Origin: an uncultured Candidatus Binatia bacterium | Lineage (GTDB): Bacteria > Desulfobacterota > Binatia > UBA9968 > CAXXLF01 | Direction: 5' to 3' | NCBI GenBank assembly: GCA_965218425.1 | Contig: OZ244621.1 | Span: 2,848,001-2,912,000, forward strand | Length of the DNA: 64,000 nucleotides | Program-made: the position numbers and the translations under genes | Shown: positions 31,412 through 41,923 of the stretch, piece by piece | How positions within the stretch are numbered: position 1 is the first letter of the stretch | Layout of the letters: the number at the start of each line of letters is the position of its first letter | Notes under the pieces: generated by a model | Told to the model about the DNA's origin: nothing | Database searches by the model: none | Seen by the model: only the letters and a program-made list of their open reading frames with translations

Positions 31412-31777
31412 ATGGCAATTGAACTCAACCACACGATCGTGCCGGCACACGATAAGGAGAAATCGGCCAAGTTTTTTGCTCGAATCTTTGGCCTTTCCTA
31501 TGACGGCGAGGTGGCCCACTTTGCACCGGTGCGTGTGAATGGCTCCTTAACCATGGATTTTGACAATCGGTCGGAATTCAAGTCGCACCACTACGCTTTT
31601 AAAGTAAGCGATGAGGATTTCGATCGGATCTTTGGACTAATCCGGGAGGAGGGGATTCCATACGGGAGCGGACCGCGTTCTCTGGAAGACATGCAAATAA
31701 ACCACCGGCGCGGGGGGCATGGTGTCTATTTTCGCGATCCCAACGGCCATGTCCTGGAGCTTCTTACGGTGGATTAA
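31412..31777 (+). CDS. VOC / glyoxalase family protein
   Basis: LNHTIV, HYAFKV, YFRDPNGHVLEL. Confidence 0.9.
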   Translation: MAIELNHTIVPAHDKEKSAKFFARIFGLSYDGEVAHFAPVRVNGSLTMDFDNRSEFKSHHYAFKVSDEDFDRIFGLIREEGIPYGSGPRSLEDMQINHRRGGHGVYFRDPNGHVLELLTVD

Positions 31778-31921
31778 TGAGTCAAAAACCGGATCGGGTT
31801 TTGCAGCATACCCGGCCCATGGCAAAAGCCGAGCCTTGTAAAAATGAGATCTGAGAATAGGTGCAAGTGCTTTCGAACCCATGTGATGAATGAAGCCTTT
31901 TTGTCAATAGGAGGTTGAGCC

Positions 31922-33070
31922 GTGCTTACTCGAGAGATCAATGAAATGTTCACTCGGATTGGTCCTGGCACGCCTGCCGGCAAAATGTTGCGTCGCTATT
32001 GGCAGCCTGTCTGCTTGGTCAATGAGCTTACCGAGGAGAAACCAAAGAAACGTGTCAGAGTGATGGATGAAGAGCTCGTGATTTTTCGTCTGCCCCAAGC
32101 AAACGGCGACCGGCAAGTCCGTTACGGTTGTGTGGCCGAGCACTGCTCTCACAGAGGGACGTCCTTATACTACGGTTTCGTTGAAGAGGACGGAATTAGG
32201 TGTCCCTACCACGGTTGGAAATACGACATCGAGGGAAAATGTATCGAACAGCCCTTCGAAAAAAACCCCCAATTCAAGCACAAGATCCGTCATCCCAGTT
32301 ATCCAGTGGAGAAGATGTGCGGACTGCTCTTTGTCTATATGGGGCCCCCTGAGAAAAAGCCGCTGCTGCCGCGTTGGGATGTGTTGGTGCGGACAGATGG
32401 GACGCGGTCCATTGAAGTCCACCCGGTGCTCAACTGCAATTGGCTCCAGGCCATGGAGAACTCGGTGGACACCCTTCATACTTACTATCTCCACGCCCAT
32501 TCCATGAAGGTAAGGGGCCTTCGCGGAGGAGAGTATTACTACCGGCCAATAGAAGAATACGGTTGGGAGCTTTGTGAATGGGGAATCGTTAAACGCTGCA
32601 GGTATGGAGGTGATAGGCCTGAGATGGAAATACGCCCTCCTTTAGTATTTCCCAATATCCTTCGGATCCCACAGGGGACTGCTCAGGCGCTGCACTGGCG
32701 AGTACCGATTGACGACACCCGTACGCAAATCACGGTCATGCTGTTCGACCCTTCCAAGGATGGTCAGGTGGTGGAACAACCTGGAGATCCGCCCGTCAAC
32801 CGGTTAGACTCGTTGATGACGCCGGAAGGCGAGCACCAGATGACCTCCTTCCCCAGTCAGGACAAGATGGCGTGGGAAACTCAGGGAAGTATTTTCGATC
32901 GGAACGAAGAGAATCTAGGCGCATCGGATGGTGGAATCACCATGTATCGGAAGGTGCTTCGCGAGCAGATCGAGATTGTGGAGCGGGGCGGTGAACCCAT
33001 GGCCCTGGTCCGCGATCCGGAGAAAAACCAGATAATCAATTTCCCCGGCAGCAGAACCCCACTGCGTTAA
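31922..33070 (+). CDS. Rieske 2Fe-2S aromatic ring-hydroxylating oxygenase (phthalate dioxygenase-like)
   Basis: CSH...CPYHGW Rieske motif; ENSVDTLHTYYLH and QD mononuclear Fe ligands. Confidence 0.9.
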   Translation: MLTREINEMFTRIGPGTPAGKMLRRYWQPVCLVNELTEEKPKKRVRVMDEELVIFRLPQANGDRQVRYGCVAEHCSHRGTSLYYGFVEEDGIRCPYHGWKYDIEGKCIEQPFEKNPQFKHKIRHPSYPVEKMCGLLFVYMGPPEKKPLLPRWDVLVRTDGTRSIEVHPVLNCNWLQAMENSVDTLHTYYLHAHSMKVRGLRGGEYYYRPIEEYGWELCEWGIVKRCRYGGDRPEMEIRPPLVFPNILRIPQGTAQALHWRVPIDDTRTQITVMLFDPSKDGQVVEQPGDPPVNRLDSLMTPEGEHQMTSFPSQDKMAWETQGSIFDRNEENLGASDGGITMYRKVLREQIEIVERGGEPMALVRDPEKNQIINFPGSRTPLR

Positions 33071-33236
33071 GAGCGCTGGATTCCCGCCGGCCCTCCAAGG
33101 TAGACGTCAGTTATCCGCTCTGCCTCGGACCGAGATCAGGTGTTTATGCAACCGATTCCTAACATTTCATCCATAATGCTCCTCCTTGCCTCGACCATCG
33201 AAGGAAAAAAGGAGTCAGCGGCCCCTGTTGGAGTTT

Positions 33237-34409
33237 TTACCTCTGAGCTCCAAGCTGACCTAGCGCTTCAGGTGAAAGTGGATCGGTGCGGTAGGTCACC
33301 GGTGGCATGGCACATTCCACGCCTTCCTGAAGGTTGGCCTCGGCAAAGCACCTCCGAACCTCTGGATCCTCGTCTTCATAGTTGATGAGCTGTCCTCCCT
33401 CGCGAACAGGAACCATAACCCTGCTGCCATCGCTATACCGAGTGCTTGCCAAGGGGTTGGAACCTCCATAGCACGCCACATGACGCGCCGGCACCTTGCC
33501 CGTGCTCATGTGCTGGTGGAACCAGCCGTCCGGGGGGCTGTAAATGCTGTTCGGGCCCCAGTGAACCTGGATGACCTTGTCTGCGTGCCCGTCCTGCCAT
33601 GGATGCAAACCAAATTCCTTGGGCCACAGGTTGACGTAGCCCTTGCCTTTAAGGCCCACGAGCACGGCGCCGGGACCGTGGAAATGGGCCTTGTGATATC
33701 TACCCACCGGCCATTCCGAAATATGGCCATAGGGGAAGCGTCCGGCCATCCGGTAGCCGGTGAGCTGCCCGCCCGCCACCTTTTGCTCATGGTCGTCGAC
33801 GACTTCCCTGTTCACGTCACTAATGAAGTTCGTATACCAGGTAGTGGTGTTGTAACGCCCACCTCGAACTCGGTTCTGCGTTTGACTAAAATATTCGTCC
33901 TGACCATTGTAGTAATCGATGAAGTCATACTTGCAGTTGAAGACGAACTCAATCTCGTTCAGGCTGTTCATGATCCTGGGCGCAGTGGTTATGGCAAAGA
34001 AAATCACAGGTTCCGGTCCACCATTGTAAAGCTGATAGTAGGCATTCTTGGGGGGAGCGAACACACTTCCCGGCCCCCACTCGAATATCTGCTTGTGCCC
34101 GTCCTCTTGCCAGATCTCGGTGGCTCCCCGGCCCTCCAGAATCAGCGTAAATTGCTCGTAAAGGTGGTGTTGGACCTCCAGTGCTTTGCCGCCGGGAATC
34201 TCGCACACGAACATACCGCGCTCGGATTGAAACGTGCTCTTCAGTTCGATGAACGTTCCCAGGCCGCCTGTGCGGGCCCAGGGGCGGCGCGGTAGCGCGG
34301 TTACGTCATCCACGCCTGTTACTTCCTTATGGATCGGTATACCTTCACCTTTCATGAATTCTTCGTAAATAAACTGTGGCTGTGTGTTACTGGTATTGGA
34401 TTGCTGCAT
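33237..34409 (-). CDS. bicupin domain protein
   Basis: QHHLYE...GRGATE...FEWGPGS and YHKAHFHGPG...WFHQH cupin motifs. Confidence 0.8.
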   Translation of the reverse strand: MQQSNTSNTQPQFIYEEFMKGEGIPIHKEVTGVDDVTALPRRPWARTGGLGTFIELKSTFQSERGMFVCEIPGGKALEVQHHLYEQFTLILEGRGATEIWQEDGHKQIFEWGPGSVFAPPKNAYYQLYNGGPEPVIFFAITTAPRIMNSLNEIEFVFNCKYDFIDYYNGQDEYFSQTQNRVRGGRYNTTTWYTNFISDVNREVVDDHEQKVAGGQLTGYRMAGRFPYGHISEWPVGRYHKAHFHGPGAVLVGLKGKGYVNLWPKEFGLHPWQDGHADKVIQVHWGPNSIYSPPDGWFHQHMSTGKVPARHVACYGGSNPLASTRYSDGSRVMVPVREGGQLINYEDEDPEVRRCFAEANLQEGVECAMPPVTYRTDPLSPEALGQLGAQR

Positions 34410-34463
34410 GGGCTTTCCTCCTTAATCAGTTCTATGGTCGATCATTGCTTCGCTATGGCTTGT

Positions 34464-35606
34464 TTATCGCCTTTGGGCTTGAGACATCGCTCTTTTGATA
34501 ACTTTTCTCGCTGGTGTCAGATCCATCCATTCCGGGCGAACTGATCTCAGGTATTTCCCTCCTAACTTACGACGGTTTTCAATGGGAACATCATCCTTTG
34601 GGATGTCGATCCTGAGGGAGTCTGCACCGGGCCTGGCCAGCAAGCGGCTCTTTTGATACGCCATCTGTCCTTCTCGCGACAAGAACCAGTTAATAAAAAC
34701 CTTCGCTGCGTTGGGATGCGGGGCTCGATTCAAAAGAACGATATTCCCCAGGATGGGAACGATGCTCGCCCCCTCTTCCAGGCCATAAGGCCTGACCGTA
34801 TCCACTGGAAGCCCCTGCGCCTTGGCCGTGCGCACGCCGTAACAAAAGAGACAAACCGAGTACTTGCCGTTGGCGAGCCAATCAAGCCGCTGCCGTCTGT
34901 CTCGGGTCACTCTAATGTTGGTTTCGCTAAAGAGACGGGTCAAATAGGAGGGCCCCAATTCCGGGTTATTGTACATAAACCGGGTCCCGTGACTGACGAT
35001 ACCCGGTATCATAGGATCCTCGACCACGAGCTCTCCTCTCCATTTGGGTTTAAGCAGGTTCCGGTAAGACGTGATCTCGCCTCGCTTTACAAGGTTAACG
35101 TTGTAATGTACGTAATCCTGCGCGGTGCCTTCAAAGCTGAAAATAAACTTGCCTTCGGAATCTACGTAACTATGCTTGCCCTCAAACCACTTTGACCGAT
35201 CCTTCACCTCCGGCAAGATCAAAGTGGGGGGGATCGGATCAAGGACTTTGGCCTGGTAAAATACCTGATACAGTGTCGTGGGACCAGTAGTAAAAAGGTC
35301 GAGAAGATATTTTCCAGCCCTCCGCTCGGTCATGACCCTTTGTGCCTCTTGAAACCACATGGACATTCTCGTGACGGTCTTGATCTGTGGGTAGGCCTTA
35401 TTAAATTGTTTCACCACGGGATTGAGGCTCGAGGATAGGTAAATGTCCAGTCGTCCCTCTTTTCGTACCGCCGCGAGAGTTCTCTCCCACTCGGCTTTCC
35501 ACGTTGGTTTTGCCTCCCCGGAGAATGCGGGTTGTGCTTTCAGAAAGAACACTCCGAGGAGAACACCGCTGGTCAATACCCCTAAGTATAGGAGGCTCCG
35601 TTCCAT
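34464..35606 (-). CDS. ABC transporter extracellular solute-binding protein (Fe3+/AfuA-like family)
   Basis: Signal peptide, ERRAGKY, LLKPKWRG, NRAPHPNAAKVFINWFLSREGQ. Confidence 0.85.
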   Translation of the reverse strand: MERSLLYLGVLTSGVLLGVFFLKAQPAFSGEAKPTWKAEWERTLAAVRKEGRLDIYLSSSLNPVVKQFNKAYPQIKTVTRMSMWFQEAQRVMTERRAGKYLLDLFTTGPTTLYQVFYQAKVLDPIPPTLILPEVKDRSKWFEGKHSYVDSEGKFIFSFEGTAQDYVHYNVNLVKRGEITSYRNLLKPKWRGELVVEDPMIPGIVSHGTRFMYNNPELGPSYLTRLFSETNIRVTRDRRQRLDWLANGKYSVCLFCYGVRTAKAQGLPVDTVRPYGLEEGASIVPILGNIVLLNRAPHPNAAKVFINWFLSREGQMAYQKSRLLARPGADSLRIDIPKDDVPIENRRKLGGKYLRSVRPEWMDLTPARKVIKRAMSQAQRR

Positions 35607-37071
35607 ATTTATTTCCTCCTTCCCGTCGCACTTATGCCGTATTCATCTGCTAGAACCGCTGTGTGGTGACCTAATCCCTCTGGATTCAGGACACAAAACG
35701 CTAGATGGGTCAATGGTAGTCACCCTTATACATTTTTCGTATTACCTTAACCGTTTCGGTATTGACGCAAGATTAGATATCAGCCCGGCCTACATGTCAA
35801 TCTCCCATGACCGTCACCACTGGAGAGGCTTGACTTCCCAGAGCGGTCTTAATAGAGGTACTTTTATTGAGGGTACGATGGACCGCAATGCAAATACATG
35901 CAGCCAGCGATTAAAAAGAGTACGGGAAAAGAGTGTCACGCCAATTTTAATTTGTTGGTTCGTCTTGGATACTGCAAAGAAGGAGAGGCACGACAATGGA
36001 AAAAATGAAAAACCCGTGGTTGAATCCAGCTAAAGTCGCAAGCCATCTGCTTCTGGCGGTGTGTTTGCTTTATGGGACTCATGCGCGCGCTGCCACGCAG
36101 GAAGAATGGGAAAAGACGGTCGCCGCGGCTGAAAAAGAGGGCCGGGTTAACGTCTATATGTGGGGGGACGTCGCGACCCTAGACGCGGGAGTGTTCCAGA
36201 AAGCCTATCCAGGAATCAAGCTGTACGGGGTGACAGGGAGAAGAGGTATTTTACACCGTGTAATTGCTGAGCGCAGAGCCGGGAAGTATATTCCAGATGT
36301 TTCGATTAACGGGGCCTCTACGAACTACAGATTCTTTTACCGGAAGGGATTCCTGGTTCCCATCAAGCCGGTTTTAGTATTGCCGGAGGTCCTGGATGAA
36401 TCCAAATGGTGGCAAGGTAAGCACCGCTATGTCGATCAAGAGAGAAGGTATGTGTTTGTTAATTTGGGCAGTGCGTCTCAGGGAGGCTTTCATTACAATA
36501 CCAACCTTGTTGACCCCAAGGAATTTAAATCGTTCTGGGACTTTCTGAATCCTAAGTGGAAAGGAAAAATCGAGGCGCAAGACTTAAGGGGAAATCCAGG
36601 ACGAGCTAGGGCACCCCTGACGTTTTTGTATCATCACCCCGATCTGGGTCCCAAATTTCTGCGGCGACTGTTTTCTGAGATGGATATTACACTTTTCAGG
36701 AACGAGCGTTTTGGGACGGACTGGTTAGTGGTTGGAAAATTTTCGATCTGTTTTGCGTGTAATACGCGTCCTGCCAGGCTCCAGGGGCTTGCAGTGGATT
36801 CGTTTGGTCGTATGAAGGAAGGGCAAGGCCTCTCTCCCGGAGGGGGTACGGTAGCTCTTATGAACAGAGCGCCGCACCCGAACGCGGCGAAGGTCTTTAT
36901 CAACTGGTTTCTCTCCCGTGAAGGGCAAAAGACCTACCAGAGCGCGGGACAGGTGCCGGGAGATTCGGGCCGTAACTCCCTCAGGGAAGATATCCCTAAA
37001 GAAGTGATCTGAGGTAGCCCAGGTTTGACGGACACCTAAAAAGGGGACAAGATCCCCGCAGGAGGTGTTCG

Positions 37072-37362
37072 ATGGGCAAGCGAAGGCGTTTCACCCAAGA
37101 GTTTAAGTTGGAAGCTGTTCGACTGCTGGAGGCGGGCGCTCGGCCAGCAGCGGAGATTGCACGGGAACTGGGAGTACCTCGCAATCGACTGTACAAGTGG
37201 CAGGAGCAAGTGACGAGGAAAGGGGCGGCTGCGTTTCCCGGCACAGGTCGAGGTAGAGACAACGATGAGGTAGCACGGTTAAGGCGAGAGCTGGAGCGGG
37301 TAACGGAACAACGAGATATATTAAAAAAGGCCGCAGCGTACTTTGCCAAGGAGCTCAAGTAA
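37072..37362 (+). CDS. IS3 transposase OrfA
   Basis: RRFTQEFKLEAV HTH, RDILKKAAAYFAK, slippery A6G at 37323-37329. Confidence 0.92.
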   Translation: MGKRRRFTQEFKLEAVRLLEAGARPAAEIARELGVPRNRLYKWQEQVTRKGAAAFPGTGRGRDNDEVARLRRELERVTEQRDILKKAAAYFAKELK

Positions 37363-37403
37363 AGTACGCGTTTATACGAGCTCACAGGACAGAGTTTAGG
37401 GTA

Positions 37404-38222
37404 GTGAGGATGTGCGAGGTATTAGAGGTCAGTCGTAGTGGGTACTACGACTGGAGCGGTCGAGGGGAGTCTCGGCGTAGAGCACAGGATAAGGTTGTGA
37501 TCAAAGAGATCCGCAAGGTGCACGAGAGCTACAAGGAAGCGTACGGGGCAGTCAAGACATGGCTGACGCTGAAGGAGGCGGGGGTGACATGTGGGAAGCA
37601 TGGGGTGGCGAGGCTGAGGAGTTTAGTGGGGATAGAGACGCGTCGGGTGCAAAGGTTTCGATTGGCCTACAAGGCTCGTCACAGTGCGCCACCGGCACCG
37701 AACTTGTTGCGTCAACGCTTCGAAGCGTCAGGCCCCGAGCAGGTATGGATGGCCGATATTACCTTCATTGGTACCCGATCTGGGTGGTTATACCTGGCGG
37801 TAGTGGTGGACCTTTACTCTCGGCTGGTGGTGGGATGGTCAATGAAGCAACGTCCCACACAGGAGTTGGTCAGTGAAGCTTTACTGATGGCTATCGAACA
37901 GCGCCAGCCTATGGCGGGGCTGATTCACCATAGCGACCAAGGAATCCAATACGCTAGCAATCACTACGTTGAGTTGCTCAGACGCCATGGGGTGGTGCGC
38001 AGCATGAGCCGCAAAGGGAATTGCTACGACAATGCAGTGGTCGAGAGTTTGTTCAGCTCACTAAAGAATGAACTTGTACACCATCAGGATTATAAGACGA
38101 GGCAGGACGCTAGGTCGGATATCTTCGACTACATTGAACTGTTTTATAACCGAAGAAGAAAGCATGAGTCGTTGGGATACCACACCCCAATGGCATATGA
38201 CTCGATCAAACGTGTGGCTTAA
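37404..38222 (+). CDS. IS3 transposase OrfB (DDE; probably expressed as OrfAB by -1 frameshift)
   Basis: WMADIT, HSDQG, DNAVVESLF, YNRRRKH. Confidence 0.92.
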   Translation: MRMCEVLEVSRSGYYDWSGRGESRRRAQDKVVIKEIRKVHESYKEAYGAVKTWLTLKEAGVTCGKHGVARLRSLVGIETRRVQRFRLAYKARHSAPPAPNLLRQRFEASGPEQVWMADITFIGTRSGWLYLAVVVDLYSRLVVGWSMKQRPTQELVSEALLMAIEQRQPMAGLIHHSDQGIQYASNHYVELLRRHGVVRSMSRKGNCYDNAVVESLFSSLKNELVHHQDYKTRQDARSDIFDYIELFYNRRRKHESLGYHTPMAYDSIKRVA

Positions 38223-38465
38223 TTAACTGTCCGTGAAACCCGGGTCGCTTCAATCCGACCTCAGAGCCGCCGGGGAAAAGGGGTCTACTATATTCCTACA
38301 GACCGATGGGATTTGCTCGACGTGAGACCTATCTTCAAGATTATTAATGATGGTTTGAGGCAGGCCGGGAAGCGATAAGGATGTCGTTAAGTCAATACGG
38401 TGTCTCACTCGGTATTTGGTTCGTGTGATGGACTTTGGTTACAGACACAGGGGGTGTGAAAAAGG

Positions 38466-39350
38466 ATGGCAGATCAAAAGGAATTAGAAGGACGGGTCGT
38501 GGTTGTGACAGGAGCGGCCCGGGGAATCGGTCGTGCCAGCACCAGGGGATTCCTGGCTAGCGGCGCTATGGTGGTGGCGACAGACAAATCCTGGCAGGGG
38601 GCTGATGAGTTTCGTCACGAATTGGAGTCCACCGACAAAGCCATTGCCTTGGATATGGACGTTACCGACAAGGATCAGATTGATCAGGTATATCAGGCCG
38701 CCTTGAAACGGTTCGGCGCGTTTGATGTCGTGTTGAACAATGCCGGGCTACTCCAAATGTTTCTTTACCCCCCCACGGGAAAGAGTACTACTTTGGGCAC
38801 GTCAGATGAAGATTGGGTCAAGATGTTTGACGTAAACGTACTGGGTCCCCTGAGAGTCGTTCGTAAATTCGTTTCCCCGATGATCGAAAAAAAGAAAGGG
38901 AGCATTATCAATATTGTCAGCAGTGGAATATTAAATTTCTCCCGCGCAGGGGGATACACAGCGCTGCGTCCAAACAGCAGGGAGATGCCTTACATGGCGT
39001 CCAAGGCCGCGCTGGCAACCATGAGCTTTTATCTAGCCGATGAGATTCGGGAGCATAACGTTGCGGTCAATACCATAATCCCCGGTCACACCAGGGGGGC
39101 TTGGTTCGACGAAACGATTCGCGCTCGAGTAGCAGCGGGGTACGCACCCGGAAGAAGGCCGGTGACGCCTGAGCATTTGGTTCCCCTTATGATGTTCCTG
39201 GCGTCTCAAGATGGTAAAGGAGTCACAGGCAAGATGTATGACGCCATGGAATGGAACCTGGACCATGGCCAGGGCGGGTACGATGTATGGTGCGACAGGT
39301 CATTGCCTGAAGATATTGAGGCGGCGTTCGCCAAAAGCGGTGCGCCTTAA
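38466..39350 (+). CDS. SDR family oxidoreductase
   Basis: TGAARGIG, NNAG, YMASK. Confidence 0.92.
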   Translation: MADQKELEGRVVVVTGAARGIGRASTRGFLASGAMVVATDKSWQGADEFRHELESTDKAIALDMDVTDKDQIDQVYQAALKRFGAFDVVLNNAGLLQMFLYPPTGKSTTLGTSDEDWVKMFDVNVLGPLRVVRKFVSPMIEKKKGSIINIVSSGILNFSRAGGYTALRPNSREMPYMASKAALATMSFYLADEIREHNVAVNTIIPGHTRGAWFDETIRARVAAGYAPGRRPVTPEHLVPLMMFLASQDGKGVTGKMYDAMEWNLDHGQGGYDVWCDRSLPEDIEAAFAKSGAP

Positions 39351-39493
39351 AAGTCACGAAGTTACTTTGCGCTGATTTTACGAGAGTCTCAGCAGGGGAA
39401 GGCGTGGGGACAGGAATGCTGCCGCGCTCCTGGATACTGCATTACCGCAAGAATCGGGTGGAAACGGTAACCACTCGGTGGCAGGATGGGGAC

Positions 39494-40399
39494 ATGAATG
39501 ATTACGAACGCATTGCTCGGGTTATCCGCCGTTTGGATGAGTGCCACACTGACCAGCCTGACCTGTCGACACTGGCGGAATACGTAGGGTTGAGCCAGTT
39601 CCATTTCCACCGTTTATTCTCTGCCTGGGCGGGCGTCACCCCAAAGGATTTTCTGCAGTGCTTGACGCTATCTCATGCCAAGGAACTTCTTAGGCAGGGG
39701 AAGAGCGTGCTGGACGTCGCCCTGAATTCGGGTCTATCCGGTCCCAGTCGGTTGCATGATCTCAGTGTAAGCTTGGAGGCTGCCTCACCCGGAGAACTGA
39801 AATCGGGTGGTGAGGGGTGGACGATCACAGCTGGCTTCGCTGACAGTCCGTTCGGGCGGTGCCTGGTCGGCAACAGTCCTCGCGGCATCTGTCATCTTTC
39901 ATTTGTCGAGTCGGAAGACGGCAGTGTAGAGTGGGCTGCGCTTCAGGAAAACTGGCCACAGGCGCGGCTGCGTCGGGACGACGCTTTTGCTTCAAGCCTA
40001 TCCGATCGAATTTTCAAGCCCGCCGCCCGTGCAAAATCGCAACAGCCATTGCGGGCATTTGTTGGAGGCACGGTGTTTCAGGTGCGGGTATGGCGGGCAT
40101 TACTTCAAGTTCAGCCGGGCACACTCGTCAGCTACGGTGGATTGGCTGCGGCGCTGGACAAGCCCACTACGTCCCGCGCCGTGGGGACGGCGGTGGCGCA
40201 GAATCCGCTGGCCTACCTTATTCCCTGTCATCGCGTGATTCGTGAGACAGGCATGTTTGGCGATTATCGGTGGGGACGAGTTCGCAAACGTGCGATTGTG
40301 GCCTGGGAGAGTTCTCCGCGTTTCGCCGTTGAGACTCGCAATGGGACTGCCACAAGACTGGAGGAAACGACTAACGAGGAAATCCGGCCAGCACGTTAA
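39494..40399 (+). CDS. AraC-HTH / methylated-DNA-protein-cysteine S-methyltransferase (Ada-like)
   Basis: HFHRLF...GVTPK HTH, GTVFQVRVW, RAVGTA, IPCHRV. Confidence 0.9.
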   Translation: MNDYERIARVIRRLDECHTDQPDLSTLAEYVGLSQFHFHRLFSAWAGVTPKDFLQCLTLSHAKELLRQGKSVLDVALNSGLSGPSRLHDLSVSLEAASPGELKSGGEGWTITAGFADSPFGRCLVGNSPRGICHLSFVESEDGSVEWAALQENWPQARLRRDDAFASSLSDRIFKPAARAKSQQPLRAFVGGTVFQVRVWRALLQVQPGTLVSYGGLAAALDKPTTSRAVGTAVAQNPLAYLIPCHRVIRETGMFGDYRWGRVRKRAIVAWESSPRFAVETRNGTATRLEETTNEEIRPAR

Positions 40400-40595
40400 A
40401 AAAGATTGTCTGGACTAGAATGTCTACCCTCGGAATCGGCGGAAAGCATAACGGGGGGACCGTATGCTTCATTTAAGATTCTTATATTACCGCCGAGGGA
40501 AGTCATGGCAAGAGTATGTACTGATGTATACTGTGCCCGGCAATTCCCCGGTGGCTTTCTATGACATGGTGTGACGAATAGATAAGGAGCAGACG

Positions 40596-41726
40596 ATGGC
40601 TACTCATCTAAAAAGTTTTTTAAGGGTCATGCGGGTTGACCATGTGGGGAGCCTCCGGCGCCCGGCACGATTGCGAGAGGTTTTTGCAAGATACGGAATG
40701 GGGCAGGCGACGGATCAGGAGCTAAGGCAGGCGCAGGACGACGCAATCCAAGAGGTGGTCGCGAAACAGGAAGCGCATGGGCTTCCTGTCGTGAACGACG
40801 GGGAATTCCGCCGCCTCAGTTTTCAGGACAGCTTCACCAGCTCGGTAAACGAGTTTACAGCGGCGAAGAATACGGCACGGGTATCCTTGGGAGATTCTGT
40901 GCAGGTTGAATCTTCCACGGAATCTCCCGGCATGTTCTTGCGGGGCCCCGTGTCTGAACGTCTTTCGCTCATCCGAAACCTTCCGCTGAATGAGTATCTA
41001 TTCACTCGAAGTGTTGCCAACAGACCGGTCAAAGTGACAGTGTTAAGTCCTGATCGCATCTCCCAACGATTTGATTATGAAAAGTCGTATTCGGTGTATT
41101 CCGGGATGGAAGAGTTTCTGGCCGATGTCGTTGCAATCGAACGGCGCATGATCGCCGAATTGGTAGAGGCCGGGTGTCCGTACGTTCAAATCGATGCGCC
41201 CGGTTATACGGCTTATACGGATCCCCGCTTGTTACAACAGATGCGGGCTCGTGGTGAGGACCCGCTGACAAACCTGGAGCATTCCATAAACGCGGACAAC
41301 GCCATCATAGAAGGTTTTCCCGATACTACGTTTGGCATCCACATTTGTCGGGGCAACCGACCTGGCGGGGAGCGTCGGCAGGGCGGATACGATGCCATCG
41401 CGGAGCGGTTGTTCAATAGACTCAACCATAATCGAATTCTATTGGAGTATGACAGTGAACGAGCGGGAGGTTTTGAGCCGCTCCGTCTGATTCCCAAGGA
41501 AAAAGTGGTGGTGCTGGGGCTAATAACCACCAAGGAGGCTCGAATTGAGGCTGCCGATGAACTCAGGCACCGAATCGATGAGGCCTGCCGCTTTCTCTCA
41601 ATCGAGCAGCTAGCGATCAGTCCCCAATGTGGATTTGGCGGTCTTTCCAATAAAGTCATGAGCGAAGATGAGCAGTGGCAAAAGATCGATGTGATGATGG
41701 AGACAGCCACAAAGGTTTGGACTTAA
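40596..41726 (+). CDS. cobalamin-independent methionine synthase II family protein
   Basis: DHVGSL, DGEFRR, HICRGN, LEYD, SPQCGF. Confidence 0.88.
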   Translation: MATHLKSFLRVMRVDHVGSLRRPARLREVFARYGMGQATDQELRQAQDDAIQEVVAKQEAHGLPVVNDGEFRRLSFQDSFTSSVNEFTAAKNTARVSLGDSVQVESSTESPGMFLRGPVSERLSLIRNLPLNEYLFTRSVANRPVKVTVLSPDRISQRFDYEKSYSVYSGMEEFLADVVAIERRMIAELVEAGCPYVQIDAPGYTAYTDPRLLQQMRARGEDPLTNLEHSINADNAIIEGFPDTTFGIHICRGNRPGGERRQGGYDAIAERLFNRLNHNRILLEYDSERAGGFEPLRLIPKEKVVVLGLITTKEARIEAADELRHRIDEACRFLSIEQLAISPQCGFGGLSNKVMSEDEQWQKIDVMMETATKVWT

Positions 41727-41923
41727 TGGCGTCCGGGAATAAGGTTCGTGGCCGCGCCGTTCGCCCTATGTGCCCTAATTCCCGTGACGATTTCTTCCAA
41801 AGGCAGGACAATCGCCGCTGTCTTGTGAAATAATTTCCGGGCACTATACTTACCCACAAGATTAAGCGATCAGGCTTGATACAGTTCCTCTTGAATTGAC
41901 CGGGACTTTGAAGAACTAAAACG

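Larger units (their letters stand above)
37010..38252 (+). mobile_element. IS3-family insertion sequence, 1243 bp, 3-bp target duplication ATC
   Basis: IRL TGAGGTAGCCCAGGTTTGACGGACA; IRR (reverse complement) TGAAGCGACCCGGGTTTCACGGACA. ATC at 37007-37009 and 38253-38255. Confidence 0.95.
35996..38378 (+). pseudogene. ABC solute-binding protein interrupted by IS3 (N-part 35996-37009, C-part 38253-38378)
   Basis: Paralog of 34464-35606. Removing the IS and one ATC copy restores ...EDIPKEVI-RPQSRRGKGVYY...RQAGKR*. Confidence 0.88.
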
